Below, piece after piece: positions 1 through 12,493 of a DNA stretch of 64,000 nt (the stretch's first letter is position 1; each line of letters begins with the position of its first letter). The DNA comes from Squalus acanthias (taxonomy: Eukaryota), in NCBI GenBank assembly GCA_030390025.1, contig CM059425.1, forward strand, positions 163,248,001 through 163,312,000, given 5' to 3'. The position numbers and the translations under genes were made by a program. The notes under the pieces are model-generated. The model was given only the letters and a program-made list of their open reading frames with translations, was not told the origin of the DNA and did no database searches.

Positions 1-697
1 GCATTCGCCTCTGGCCCCGAAGTAAGATTCCCACAAAGATCTCGCATTCTGACGTGCAATTGAAATCAATGCAAGTTAATGGGGAATCCCTAATGCGAGC
101 TGCTGTGACGTCAACAAGCTTTCTAAGCAGCCAATCAAAATCCAGAATTCTCTCAGACAGCAAACTAGGAAATGAGTAAGCTCCTTCGATTCTAACTTTT
201 TAAAAATGTTAGAGAACAAAACAAGATTGGGGCTCTCACATGGTGAAAAAGCAAACCTGGAATAAAGATGAATAAACTTTTTTTTAATTTAAAAAAAAAT
301 TTAAGTTTCTTAAATTGTAATTTTTATTAAAATGGATAAATTTGACACTCCACAAAATTAAAATTAGTTTTTCAGGGCCATGACCTCTGTTTAGTAGTCA
401 GTTACACCAAATCCAAAAGGGTCTAACTTTTAATGGGGTATTTAACAGCGGTATTACCGCAGCAGAGGCGAAGTTTTCATATGTTTCCCTGATTTGACAA
501 ATTACACTGATTGCTGGCTGTGGCAGGGGAGGGGCACAGCACATTCAGTGTTGGAGCAGTGAATGACTGACTACAACTTCAGGATTTCCGCGTTATGATG
601 CGCATGTGCTACATCCTGAAGTTGTGGTCAGCTTCAAAGGGGTAGTGACAGCGAACGCTGTTCGTTCGCTGTTATTACCCACCGCAAATTCCGGGCC
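1..697. mobile_element. Non-autonomous Harbinger-type MITE (left end outside window)
   Basis: Ends in GCAAATTCCGGGCC followed by AAT. Internal blocks resemble the reverse complement of the MITE at 45833-47163. Confidence 0.6.
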
Positions 698-789
698 AAT
701 ATCTTTAAATATCTAAAGCAACGCTAATTAAATAGCACATTCATTTATTATAGCAGTGATTCTGCCTTTTCACACTCCCAGCACTTTTA

Positions 790-3237
790 AGACACGTGGA
801 TTGGAGAATCAAGGCCACAGTGTTGTATCCCTGTGTTGTATCGGATGGGATAGTTTTTGCACAGTGTGTGCAGGAGGGTTTCCTGACACAATATGTGGAT
901 AGGCCGACAAGAGGTGGGGCCACGTTGGATTTGGTACTGGGTAATGAACCGGGCCAAGTGTTTGATTTGTATGTGGGAGAGCACTTTGGAGATAGTGACC
1001 ACAATTCGGTAACTTTCACTATTGCAATGGAGAGGGATAGGGCCATACGGCAGGGCAGGGTTTATAATTGGGGGAGGGGTAATTATGATGCGATTAGGCA
1101 AGAATTAGGGAGTATAAGATGGGAACAGAAACTATCAGGGAAAGGCACAAACGAAAAGTGGAGCTTTTTCATGGAGCAATTACTGCGTGTCCTTGATAGG
1201 TATGTCCCTGTCAGGCAGGGAGGAAATGGCCGAGTGAGAGAACCATGGTTCACAAAAGAGGTTGAATGTCTAGTCAAGAGGAAAAAGGAAGCGTATGTAA
1301 GGATGAGAAAACAAGGTTCAGTTGGGTCGATTGAGGGGTACAAGGTAGCAAGGAATGAGCTAAAAAAAAGAGCTTAGGAGAGCTAGGAGGGGGCATGAGA
1401 AGTCCTTGGCGGGTCGGATCAAGAAAAACCCCAAGGCTTTTTACTCTTGTGTGAGAAATAAAAGAATGACCAGGGTGAGGGTAGGGCCGGTCAAGGACAG
1501 TAGTGGGAACTTGTGCATGGAGTCAGAAGAGATAGGAGAGGTGATGAATGAATACTTTTCGTCAGTGTTCACCGAGGAGAGGGGCCATGTTCTTGAGGAT
1601 GAGAGTGTGATAAAGGTGGATAGGCTGGAGGTGGTAGATGTTCTGAGGGAAGATGTTTTAGCAATTTTGAAGAACCTGAGGGTCGATAAGTCCCCTGGGC
1701 CAGATGGGATATATCCTAGGATTCTTTGGGAGGCAAGGGAGGAGATTGCAGAGCCTCTGGCTTTGATCTTTGGGTCCTCACTGTCCACGGGGATGGTGCC
1801 AGAGGACTGGAGAGTGGCGAATGTTGTTCCTCTCTTCAAGAAAGGAAATAGGAATGACCCTGGTAATTATAGGCCGGTTAGTCTTACTTCGGTGGTTGGT
1901 AAGATAATGGAAAAGGTCCTGAGGGATAGGATTTATGACCATTTGGAAAGGGGCAACTTAATCAGGGATAGTCAACACGGATTCGTGAAGGGTAAGTCTT
2001 GCCTAACAAATTTGATTGAATTCTTTGAGGAGGTAACTAAGTGTGTAGATGAAGGTAGAGCAGTTGATGTCGTATACATGGATTTTAGTAAGGCGTTTGA
2101 TAAGGTTCCCCATGGTCGTCTCATGAAGAAAGTAAGGAGTTGTGGGATAGAGGGAAATTTGGCCGATTGGATAAGTAACTGGCTAACTCATAGAAGGCAG
2201 AGGGTGGTGGTGGATGGAACATTTTCGGACTGGAGACCAGTTACCAGCGGTGTGCCACAGGGGTCGGTGCTGGGTCCTCTGCTGTTTGTGATTTTTATCA
2301 ATGACTTGGAGGAGGGGACTGAAGGGTGGATCAGTAAATTTGCTGATGACACCAAGATTGGTGGAGTAGTGGATGAGGTGGAGGGCAGTTGTAGGCTGCA
2401 AAGAGACATTGATAGGATGCAGAGCTGGGCCGAAAAATGGCAGATGGAATTTAACCCTGATAAGTGCGAGGTGATTCATTTTGGTAGGGCAAATTTGAAT
2501 AAGGATTACAGGGTCAACGGCAGGGTTCTGAGGAACGTGGAGGAGCAGAGGGATCTGGGGGTTCATATCCACAGATCTCTGAAGGTTGCCACTCAAGTGG
2601 ATAGAGCAGTAAAGAAGGCCTATGGTGTGTTAGCGTTTATTAACAGAGGGTTTGAGTTTAAGAACCGTGAGGTTATGCTGCAACTGTACAGGACCTTGGT
2701 GAGACCACATTTGGAATATTGTGTGCAGTTCTGGTCACCTCACTATAGGAAGGACGTAGAAGCATTGGAAAGAGTGCAAAGGAGATTTACCAGGATGCTG
2801 CCTGGTTTGGGGGGGAGGTCTTATGAGGAAAGATTGAGGGAGTTGGGGCTTTTCTCTTTAGAGCGGAGGAGGATGAGAGGCGACTTAATAGAGGTTTATA
2901 AGATGATGAGGGGGATAGATAGAGTGGATGTTCAGAGACTATTTCCTCGGGTAGAGGCAGCTGTTACAAGGGGGCATAACTATAAGGTGCATGGGGGGAG
3001 ATATAGAAGGGATGTCCGAGGTAGATTCTTTACTCAGAGAGTGGTTGGGGTGTGGAATGGACTGCCTGCTGTGATAGTGGAGTCGGACACTTTAGGAACT
3101 TTCAAGCGGTTATTGGATAAGCACATGGAGCACACCAGAGTGATAGGGAGTGTGATAGCTTGATCTTGGTCTCGGACAATGCTCGGCACAACATCGAGGG
3201 CCGAAGGGCCTGTACTGTGCTGTACTGTTCTATGTAT
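790..3237 (+). mobile_element. 5'-truncated CR1 LINE; ORF2 (end of APE endonuclease plus RT) split by one frameshift
   Basis: ORFs 796-1377 (LDLVL, SDHN) and 1406-3163 (KSPGPDG, QHGF, DFSKAFDKV, GVPQGSVLGP, FADD). CR1 3' tail gggccgaagggcctgtactgtgctgtactgttctatgt. Confidence 0.95.
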
Positions 3238-3300
3238 CCTTGTCGCAGTGCATGCAGTTTCCTTGCTAAAGTTGTGAAATCATCCCTTGTAACCCAATGG

Positions 3301-3522
3301 TGATTACAAACAAAATTGAGAGGTCGCACAACACCAGGTTATAGTCCAACAGTTTTATCACAAGCTTTCGGAGCTATCGATCGCCCCTTCCTCAGGTGAA
3401 GTAGCTCCGAAAGCTTGTGATTTCAAATAAAACTGTTGGACTATAACCTGGTGTTGTGCGACCTCTCAATTTTGTCCACCCCAGTCCAACACCGGCATCT
3501 CCGCATCATGATTACAAACAAA
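3301..3522. mobile_element. Penelope-like pseudo-LTR insertion in inverted (hairpin) configuration
   Basis: Inverted arms about 3310-3376 and 3402-3475. 14-bp direct repeat TGATTACAAACAAA at 3301-3314 and 3509-3522. Confidence 0.8.
3357..3399 (-). ncRNA. Minimal type I hammerhead ribozyme motif, core intact
   Basis: Minus strand reads TCAC-CTGAGGA-A-GGGGC-gatcgata-GCTCC-GAAA-GC-TT-GTGA. This gives the CUGAnGA and GAAA boxes, stem II, stem I TCAC/GTGA and a palindromic AAGCTT stem III region. Confidence 0.75.
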
Positions 3523-4934
3523 GCAGGGTTCTGGATCAACGGAACATATAGGGTTACTAATCTATATCTAGATTATTTCTGAAGGTATCCATTATTAGAG
3601 AAAATAATAGATGACTGCAAGTGTGTTTATAAGGTTGCAACACTGTTGAGAGGTACTGCTCTTTTTTTTATAATTAGTAGAATCCCGAGATTATGTTTGT
3701 GATAAATCACTAATTAGTAATGTGAAATGTTATTCTTTTGCTTGACCTTTCCTCCCACTGGTATAGTATTTAACTAAATAAATAATTAATATGTAATTAT
3801 TAATTGCATGTTTGTGTCTTGTAGTGTTGTAAAATCCCTTTACTCAATCAGATAGTTGAACCAGAGACCACTATCCCTTTAACATCCCAGAATTTCAACT
3901 AATTTCATCCCAGAGATCGCTGTTCCTTCATCTTGTCCATTCAACCAGTGAGATCCCAGAACCATCGCTTTTGTGTTATTTCTGATTGGTCATTTTTATG
4001 ATTGAACAAATCTCATTCTGCCCGAAGCTTTTTCTATACAACCACAATTACATTTCTTCATCCACCCAATTTTATATCCCTAAAAATAAGCTTTATCACA
4101 TAATGCTTAAAAAAAATTCAGTAATTCACAAAAAAAGTCAGCATAAGCTTCCCCTTCCCACTTTCCAGTTGCTCCAATGTTTTTGCTTCCTGCCCCAGCC
4201 CATGCAAATGCAATAGGCTCAATCCCAGGTAAACCCTTTGCTGTTAGCAGAGAGTATCATATCTGTCCATACTCCTGCAGCCAGGACTCATCCCAGCTCA
4301 GACATGATGTGAAGAATGTATGCATGGGCACAACAGACCAAAGGCATATTCATGCTAATGACTTTGTCCATTCCCACCTTCCAATGCCAGTTCCAGCTGC
4401 CCTGTGCTCTCCAGCTCTCTAAGTTGTCATCCAGCACACTCGTGCTTGCTGCCTTTTACAACTTTCCACAGTGCTAGAGCTTTGGCTTAAGGTTGCAAGA
4501 GGGAGCAAGGGAAAAGCTTGGAGAAGGAGAGAGTTAGAGGGCCACAAGTAGATGAGAAACCTAGAAAAGAGTAATAGATACAGTATCTGAGATGGATAAT
4601 AGAAAAAGGGGTAGATTAAAAGAGAACAAAAAGGGAGAGTAGAGAGAAAGTAACAGAAAAAGCACATAGACAAAGAGTGAAGTTACAGGCACTGTAAGAG
4701 ACCGAGAAAAGCTGAAATTATCAAATAGAGAGAAAGAGTGTAGATTGTTAATATGGGCAGATCTTCCAGTGGTCCCTAACTGCCTTGTAATCCGGTACAC
4801 TGAGTACTTCCAAGGCAGACACACAAGTCACCTCAGAGAAGTCTACCGCAACCCCCAAATATTCACCATCTAAAAAGGACAAAAGAGCATCAGTGAACCA
4901 GTCCAACCTCAGTCTTGCAGGTTCAAAGCCCACT

Positions 4935-7200
4935 TCATGGAAGAAGATGCAAAAAACGTCCTGGAAATAGTGGAAAACCAAGGGTCTAGCGAGAATGAGG
5001 AACTGAAAGAAATTAGTATTAGTAAAACTACGGAACTACAGACCAGTTAGCCTGACATCAGTAGCAGGGAAAATGCTAGAATCTATTATTAAGGACATGG
5101 TAACAGGGCACTTAGAAAATAATAATAGGATTGGGCAGAGTCAACACAGATTTATGAAAGGGAAATCATGTTTGACAAACCTGTTAGTTTTTTGAGGTTG
5201 TAACTAGCAGAATAGATAAGGGGGAACCAGTGGATGCGGTGTATTTGGATTTTTAGAAGGCATTCGGTAAGGTGCCACACAAGAGGTTATTATACAAAGT
5301 TAGGACTCATGGGATTGAGGGTAATATACTAGCATGGATTGAGGATTGGTTAACAGACAGAAAACAGAGAGTAGGAATAAATGGGTCATTTTCGGGTTGG
5401 CAGGCTGTAACTAGTGGGGTACCGCAAGGATCACTGCTTGGGCCTCAGCTATTCACAATCTATATCAATGATTTGGATGAGGGGACCAAATGTAATATAT
5501 CCAAGTTTGCTGATGATACAAAGCTAGGAGGGAATGTAAGTTGTGAGGAAGATGCAAAGAGGCTTCAAGGGGATATAGACAGGCTAAGTGAGTGGGCAAG
5601 AACATGGCAAATGGAATATAATGTGGAGAAATGTGAAGTTATCCACTTTGGTAGGAAAAATAGGAAAGCAGAGTATTTTTTAAATGGTGAGAGATTGGGA
5701 AATGTTTGTGTTCAGGGGGACCTGGGTGTCCTTGTACACAAATCACTGAAAGTTAACATGCAGGTACAGCAAGCAATTAGGAAGGAAAATGGTATGTTGG
5801 CCTTTATTACAAGAGGATTTGAGTATAAGAGTAAAGACGTCTTACTACAATTATATAGGGCCCTGGTAAGACCACACCTGGAGTATTGTGTACAGTTTTG
5901 GTCTCCTTACCTAAGGAAGGATATACTTGCCATAGAAAGGAGTTCAACGAAAGTTCACCAGACTGATTCCTGGGATGGGGTGATTGTCCTATGAGGAGAG
6001 ATTGAGTAGACTAGGCCTATATTCTCTAGAGTTTAGAAGAATGAGAGGTGATTTCATTAAAACATACAAAATTCTTACAGGGCTTGACAGAGTAGATGCA
6101 GGGAGGATGTTTCCCCTGGCCGGGGAGTCTAGAACCAGGAGTCTTTGGGGGCGATTTTGTTAATGGGGGCACGTTGGAGGTGGGACTGCTGCTTGGCAGG
6201 TTGATGTCCCGCCTCCATCGATTTGTGGCCAACCCAAGCTATTTTCCCTTGATTGACCTTGTTAAGCCCACCCAGCAGGCTTAGCAAGCCAATTAAGAGA
6301 AAGCCGGTTGCACTGAACGTCAACGTATGACGTTTCATTGACAGATGAATTGTCATCGTTTGACAGCTCTGTGAAGCTGTCAAACAGTGACATTCTCTGT
6401 AGTTTGATGAGATCTTGAATTCAAGACCTCATCAAACTTCTTTCTTTTACAGAAATGAGAGATGGTTGTTGCATCTGAGAATGCAACGGCCATCTCTCAT
6501 CTGCAACATGGAGGTCCGAGACTCTCCGCATAGACACCGACTGAAGTCTGCAGGGAGAAACAAAGGTAAGTACACTTTACTAACGCTTTGCACTTACCTC
6601 AGATTCTCACCTCTACACTCTTGCACCCATCACTTACCTTCACACCACACTTTTGCAGCCCCCGACCCCCACAGACCCAGTACTCGCCTTGCTGAGCTGG
6701 CGGGTTTTGGAGCCTTCAGGAAGCCCGCACTTCACAGGTAGTTGATAGGCTTTAATCCCTTCCCGCCTCCAAGGAGACGGGACCCGGCGCGGGACGGCAA
6801 CCCGCCTCCTGGCAAGATAGCATGGAGGCAGGTTGGGCGCGGGTTGGGCACCCGCCCCAAATTCTGCCATTTTCCCAGCAGTTCCACCTCACCAGGGCTG
6901 GCAAAATCGCCCCATAGTCTCAGAATAAGGGGTCGGCCATTTAGGACTGAGATGAGGAGAAATTTCTTCACTCAGAGGGTGGTGAATCTTTGGAATTCTC
7001 TATCCCAGAAGTCTGTGGAGGCTCAGTTGTTGAGTATATTTAAGACAGAGATCGATGGTTTTTTGGATATTAAGGGAATCAAGGGATATGGGGATAGTGC
7101 AGGAAAGTGGAGTTGAGGTAGAAGATCGGCCATGATATTGAATGGCGGAGCAGGCTCGAGGGAACGAATGGCCTACTCCTGCTCCTATTTCTTATGTTAC
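4935..7200 (+). mobile_element. Degenerate CR1 LINE (RT and 3' end) interrupted by a MITE
   Basis: ORF 5272-5994 carries RT motifs. CR1 sequence resumes at 6914 (SLRIRGRPFRTEMRRNFFTQRVVNLWNSL) and ends in the CR1 tail at about 7200. Confidence 0.92.
6147..6913. mobile_element. Harbinger-type non-autonomous DNA transposon inserted in CR1
   Basis: 12-bp perfect TIR GGGGCGATTTTG / CAAAATCGCCCC interrupting contiguous CR1 sequence. TSD is degenerate. Confidence 0.85.
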
Positions 7201-7709
7201 CCTCCGCCCACACACACACCCTGAATGTTTGCTGTTCGAGTACACCTTTGGCTTTTACTGGCATTATTTTATTATTACTATGAACCTTTAATTACTACAG
7301 AATTCAATATAGCAAAGCAACATTTTAAGACATTTTTATGTTGGGAAACCTCCTTAAGACATTTTCCTTTCCATATTCTGTACATTCTTTTAAGTCTTTT
7401 ATACTGCTAGTAGTATCTTCTGACCATTTCCTGCTGAATCGTGCCATCATAATTTTATTAATACCATCTCCATTCATCTCAAGTACCAGTTCTCGAGACC
7501 TTTATAACTCATTTTAAAAATACAGATACTGCCCATACAGTAATCATGCAGAGTAGTGATGTATTTTCTAATTAGCTGACAAACTTTCCATGGTTACAAC
7601 AGATTCTACCTTGTAGTCGCCATGGAAATCATAGCTAGGGCAGCAAAAAAATGCACTAATAAAAACATTCAGTAATATTACTTGATCTCCTCTTGCATGT
7701 GTCGGGTTC

Positions 7710-7867
7710 TTAAAATTCTGTGGGGGTTCTACAGATCTACTGTAACTGGTGGGAGACCAGCAAAACCCCCAGGGAAATAACGTAAACAGCCGTTTACACC
7801 ATTTCCTTGGGGGTTACACCAGAGTTGTGGTGGGAGATCGGCTGAACCCCCACAGAATTTCAGGGGC
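7710..7867. mobile_element. Short palindromic MITE
   Basis: 17-bp inverted repeat AAATTCTGTGGGGGTTC / GAACCCCCACAGAATTT near both ends. Confidence 0.7.
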
Positions 7868-7974
7868 ATCATGTCTGACTTGTTCTGAGCTACATTCTTT
7901 ATTTTTTTTCCTGGGGCATGTGCACCTTTATTACATAAGAGTTAAACTGTGCATTTGTGAAACATTTTCACGCA

Positions 7975-8394
7975 CTAGTGGGTTCAAGTCCCACTCCAGG
8001 GACTTGAGCACATAAAGCTAGGCTGACACTCCAGTGTAGTGCTGAGGGAGTGCTGCACTGTCGGAGGTGCCGTCTTTCGGATTAGACGTTAAACTGAGGC
8101 CCCGTCTGCTCTCTCGGGTGGACGTAAAAGATCCCATGGCACTATTTCGAAGAAGAGCAGGGGAGTTATCCCCGGTGTCCTGGCCAATATTTATCCCTCA
8201 ACTAACATAACAAAAACAGATTATCTGGTCATTATGACATTGCTGTTTGTGGGACCTTGCTGTGCGCAAATTGGCTGCCGCGTTTCCCACATTACAACAG
8301 TGACTCCACTTCAAAAAGTACTTCATTGGCTGTAAAGCGCTTTGAGACGTCCGGTGGTCATGAAAGGTGCTATATAAATGCAAGTCTTTCTTTT
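7975..8394 (+). mobile_element. tRNA-derived Deu-domain SINE (SacSINE1-like) with L2-type tail, 5' truncated
   Basis: B-box GGTTCAAGTCC, Deu core (gtaaaagatcccatggcactattt) and tail gctatataaatgcaagtctttc. Near-identical copies occur elsewhere in the window. Confidence 0.85.
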
Positions 8395-10230
8395 ACTTTT
8401 GGTAAACCTGATTATCTTTGCATGTGTAAACTTCCTGTTAGAAGATACTTTTGCATTTCAAATCTTCCTAAAGCCATTGGATACAGGTGGTATTTATGTT
8501 TTGCTTCTGTTTATATGCCCATGTGTCTATCCATTAATAGCCTGGCAGCTCAATAAAATTAACTTAATTGAATTTCACCAGTGTCATTCTGTCACAAAAA
8601 GTAGGTTGCTTTTGAAAAAAGTGCATGCTTAGAACTGTCCATATATCCCTTTCACACATTTGTGGAAGATGATACATCATCTCAGCAGCCTATTTTTTGA
8701 AGAATTAATGTATACACTAAACTTGCTGAGATTTTCTCTCATCATCTTTTTGGGCCAATTTTAGTTAGTTTTAAATGGTTAAGAACTGGTGCAAATCAAA
8801 CCAGAATGATAGATAATATGCTAATCTACTTGAGTTTTGCTTGTCAACTTATTTGCATAATTATTCACAGATCCAGGTGCAGATTTGGGTAGGCGTAAGG
8901 AACAGAAAAATGCATGTTGGTGCAATTTAAAGGAATGAGGACGATTGAAGGGAAGTATCACAATAGAGTGATAAAAAATTTCAAAGCCTATAGAAAACCT
9001 CAGAAGGCATTTCACTTTGTTAGCAGCTTTTTCCAAGGCTGAAGGGGCAGAGGATTAAGGGTGACTAGCAAAAATGAAGGTAGAAGAAGCACAAGGTGCA
9101 GACATGAGTTAACAGGCAAGTGATAAAGCAGTGCAGCATCCAACACCCTGTTTGATGGTTGCATGAGGTGGTTACAATGAGGGTGGCTCTCTTTGCACTC
9201 CATTCTTGTAGGTCAGCATTGCAGCATGTTTACAAGGTGGTAGAATCAAGTCATTGGCTGCAGCTGACCACTACTGTCATTGGCTGTGGTAGCCCTGTGC
9301 TGCATTGCAGTTATCCTTGCTGCAGATGGGATAGTTCTGCATCTGGCTATCCTGAGAACCCTGTCAAGGCAGTTCCCACAGTCATTGCTGGGTGCAGTGG
9401 CATTTTTGTGGGGTAACTTTGCTGCCTCATGATTATCCTGGCATGCCTTCTTTCACACTACCACTGAAAGAAGGATGTACTGTGATTGAAGGTGTGCAAG
9501 AACTGGTGGTCAAGCACAAAGCACCTCTCGTGCAGCCTGAGCTGCCTGGCATCTCTTCATTGGCCCTCCACTTTTTCTTACAAGCATTTCAAGTAGGGGT
9601 ATTCTCATTTGAAGTGCAAAATAATCACACATTGGAGGCACTATACAAATGCAAAACTGTGAAAGGGATTGCATTATTGTAACTGAGCTTCTTTCAATTC
9701 TGCTTTGAACATTTGCCATCCTACATCACTTTCCAAAAGTAAATCATGGGTAATGTTACTGAATGTCAAAAAATGTTGGTAGAAGAGATTCATGTGTATT
9801 AATACGTTACAGTCACTATCTGACTCATTACTTAAAAGGACAATCACGTTGGTGAAGAAATACATGGGGAAAGCTCCCTTTTGGGGCTTGACATTCCTCT
9901 GTTATTTTAACAAAAAAAATGCACATGAATAAGTGGTGTAATGTTGGTAGAAAGTAGCAACAGGCTACTCATCTATGTTTAAACAATGACCTTGAGGATC
10001 GATCTCTCTCCAAAAAAGGTGCAAAAATGTTAGTGAAAAGCGAGAACAGATTTCTACTTTTCTTAAAGCCTTATGAAGGTCTTTAATGGTGATCTTGTAT
10101 ACCATTCCTTATGTGTAAGAACCACAACAAAATGTGATTATTTTACTCCCAATTGGACTTGAAATTTAGTAAGCTTAGTGAAGGGAATAATTTTGACATC
10201 ACTACAGTAGTGAGTTGCCAATTTGAGATA

Positions 10231-10436
10231 AGAAAGAAAGAACTAACTTGCATTTATATAGCATATTTCATGACTTCAGGATATCCCAAAGCACTTCACA
10301 GCCAATGGATGGCTTACGAAGTGTCATCACTATTGTTATGAAGGTGAACCCAACCGTCAATTTGTTCATAGCAAGGTTCCACAAACAGCAGTGGGATGAA
10401 TGACCAGTTAATCTACTTTTGGTGATGTCGGTTGAG
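10231..10436 (-). mobile_element. SacSINE1-like 3' fragment, abutting a MITE-like end (GGGCTGAATTTTG)
   Basis: Reverse complement of the SINE tail (acttgcatttatatagc...cacagccaat). Confidence 0.7.
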
Positions 10437-12274
10437 GGCTGAATTTTGGTCAGGACACAATGGCCTAGAAATACATCCACACAGTGCCGTTTTTCGAGCA
10501 CTAACTGGCCTACTAAGTCCTACAATATGGGGGCAAGGCAGCGCACGCACGTTTCCGGCCAAAAGTGCGATGCCTGCCATATTGGAAAGGACTAAAAATC
10601 GGCATGCAGTGTCCACACCTCAAACGGGCAGTAGGTCCTTCTTATGTGCAAGTGTACACATATGTTTGAGGCCCCCTGTTAGATTGTTTTGACCTGATGC
10701 AGTTGTTAACAAGTTAAGTTTTTGAAATATACTTGCCTGAATGTGGAGCCAGGAAGAGGAGGAGTGCTCCTCCTGACCCTAGATGTAAAGAACATGCCAC
10801 CATGCTTTCCAATAACTGGTGCAATCGAACATTTTTTACTCCGTGTGATAGTCATAAGTAATCTTACATTAGGTTAGTTATGTGTCAATTAACAGTATTA
10901 ATATATGTTCTGAACATAAAGTGTCTGAACGATGAGCATCCTTACATATTCTGTTATTGAAGGGGGTCCAGAGAAGAGCCACATGGTTGATCCCAGAACT
11001 TAAGGGAATGGCGTATAAAGAAAGATTGACTGCCCTGGGTCTTTTATCTCTTTGAGGGAAAATTCTTGTTCGCCAGCAAAGTTGCCGGTGTTACCGGCAA
11101 CTGTAGTTAACGGCCGCTGGAAATGGCCGCGACGCTAAGCGAGTGAAATTGGTCTGGTGGGCATGGAGATAGGTGGTGCAGCGTTCACCTTCCGTGCAAC
11201 GCCGTCCTGGTGGCGTTGCTGGAGGAATCCGGGATGCAGTTTCTATCCAGGTGCGGCATTGCAGCTTCCCACAGCCTCTGAGTGAAGCTGTGGAGCTCGC
11301 AAGGAGTTGTGGGCAATGAAGAGGTCTGAGGATTAAAGGGGCCAGGCACTCTGAAGCAATTCAAAATAAAATTGAGTGAATATCAATACATTTTTCAGCC
11401 CTTTCTGCCTTTTAAGAAATATTCAATATTTAAAAGAAGTTCCAAATGTGAATATTCAACTGTTAAAGCTGAATTACCCTCCTAACCTCAACAAATGGGA
11501 AAACTGACTCAGCACTAACACAGATGGCTCAGCAAACCAGGGAAGGGGCACCGAGGGTCTCACACGCAGCAGTCCAGCTTTGTGCAAGGGGTCAACACTG
11601 CAAGAGCGGCCCTATACCCACAGGGGCCAGGAGGCTCTCCAGAAAGAACGATGTGGAAGTGCATCACCAAGGCTGTCATTGCCAGCAGTGTTGCCCCCAC
11701 CATCTGGCTCGAGTGCCCAAAGCTTCTTGACCTCAGACCACTGGTCAAGGTCAGTGAATGTATCTTCAAAAGCCGTCTCCTACCAACTGCACCACTAGCC
11801 TCACACATTGCTCAATGCACAACCCCCAATCACTCACCTACCAACAATCTGCACCAATGACAAGGCACATCTCACATTCCTAATCTCACCTCACCCACTT
11901 GGAGGAGACGCTGCAGGCCATTCTTGGCAGGGGCATGGCTGAGTCCTTGGCCAGCGGCAGAGCTGAAAGGATACAAGATGCGAGTATCCTCGTACATTAT
12001 CCTCCTTCTGGCATGCACCTCTTGCTTTCCCGCCCTCCCATTAGCACAACTCCACCTATGTGCCTTCCTCATTTCACACATCCAAGAAATGCAGCCTGCC
12101 CAGCCAGTGGGTCAACAAGAAGAGGCAGCCTGCCCAGCCAGTGGGACCGCAGGTGGATGATTCCATCCTGGATATCCCAGCCACAAAAGGGCTGTCTGGG
12201 ATGCATCCTTCTGTCTAATTCCTCTTAGGCTTCCTCCTCTTCTGCGTCTTCCTCTTCCCTCTGCAAGAGGTTGT

Positions 12275-12410
12275 TGTAAATATGAAATAACAGCATAAAA
12301 TGCTGGAAATTCTCAGTTGGTCAGGCAGCATGTTGACCTGAGACGCGAACTCTGTTTTTCTCTCCATGGATGTTGCGTGACCTGCTGAGTATTCCCAGCA
12401 TGTTCTGTCT
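12275..12410. mobile_element. Degenerate inverted Penelope pseudo-LTR fragment
   Basis: tgctggaaattctcagttggtcaggcagcat ... gatgttgcgtgacctgctgagtattcccagca. Same family as 20251-20350 and 46460-46590. Confidence 0.65.
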
Positions 12411-12493
12411 TAAAGGCCTTCATTTTCCATCCGAGCCCTTGCAGGCATCCAGCAGCACTCCCTACACACTTAAAAAAAACTTTTCACAGCAAG

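Noticed and set aside
8378..8632. LIEFHQC resembles the ARSK LSEFHGC motif
   Set aside because: The flanking residues do not match ARSK and there is no convincing exon structure.
8820..9870. Non-repeat-looking stretch that might be a decayed coding sequence
   Set aside because: Multiple stops in the frames I read and no recognisable homology. It needs a TBLASTX search.
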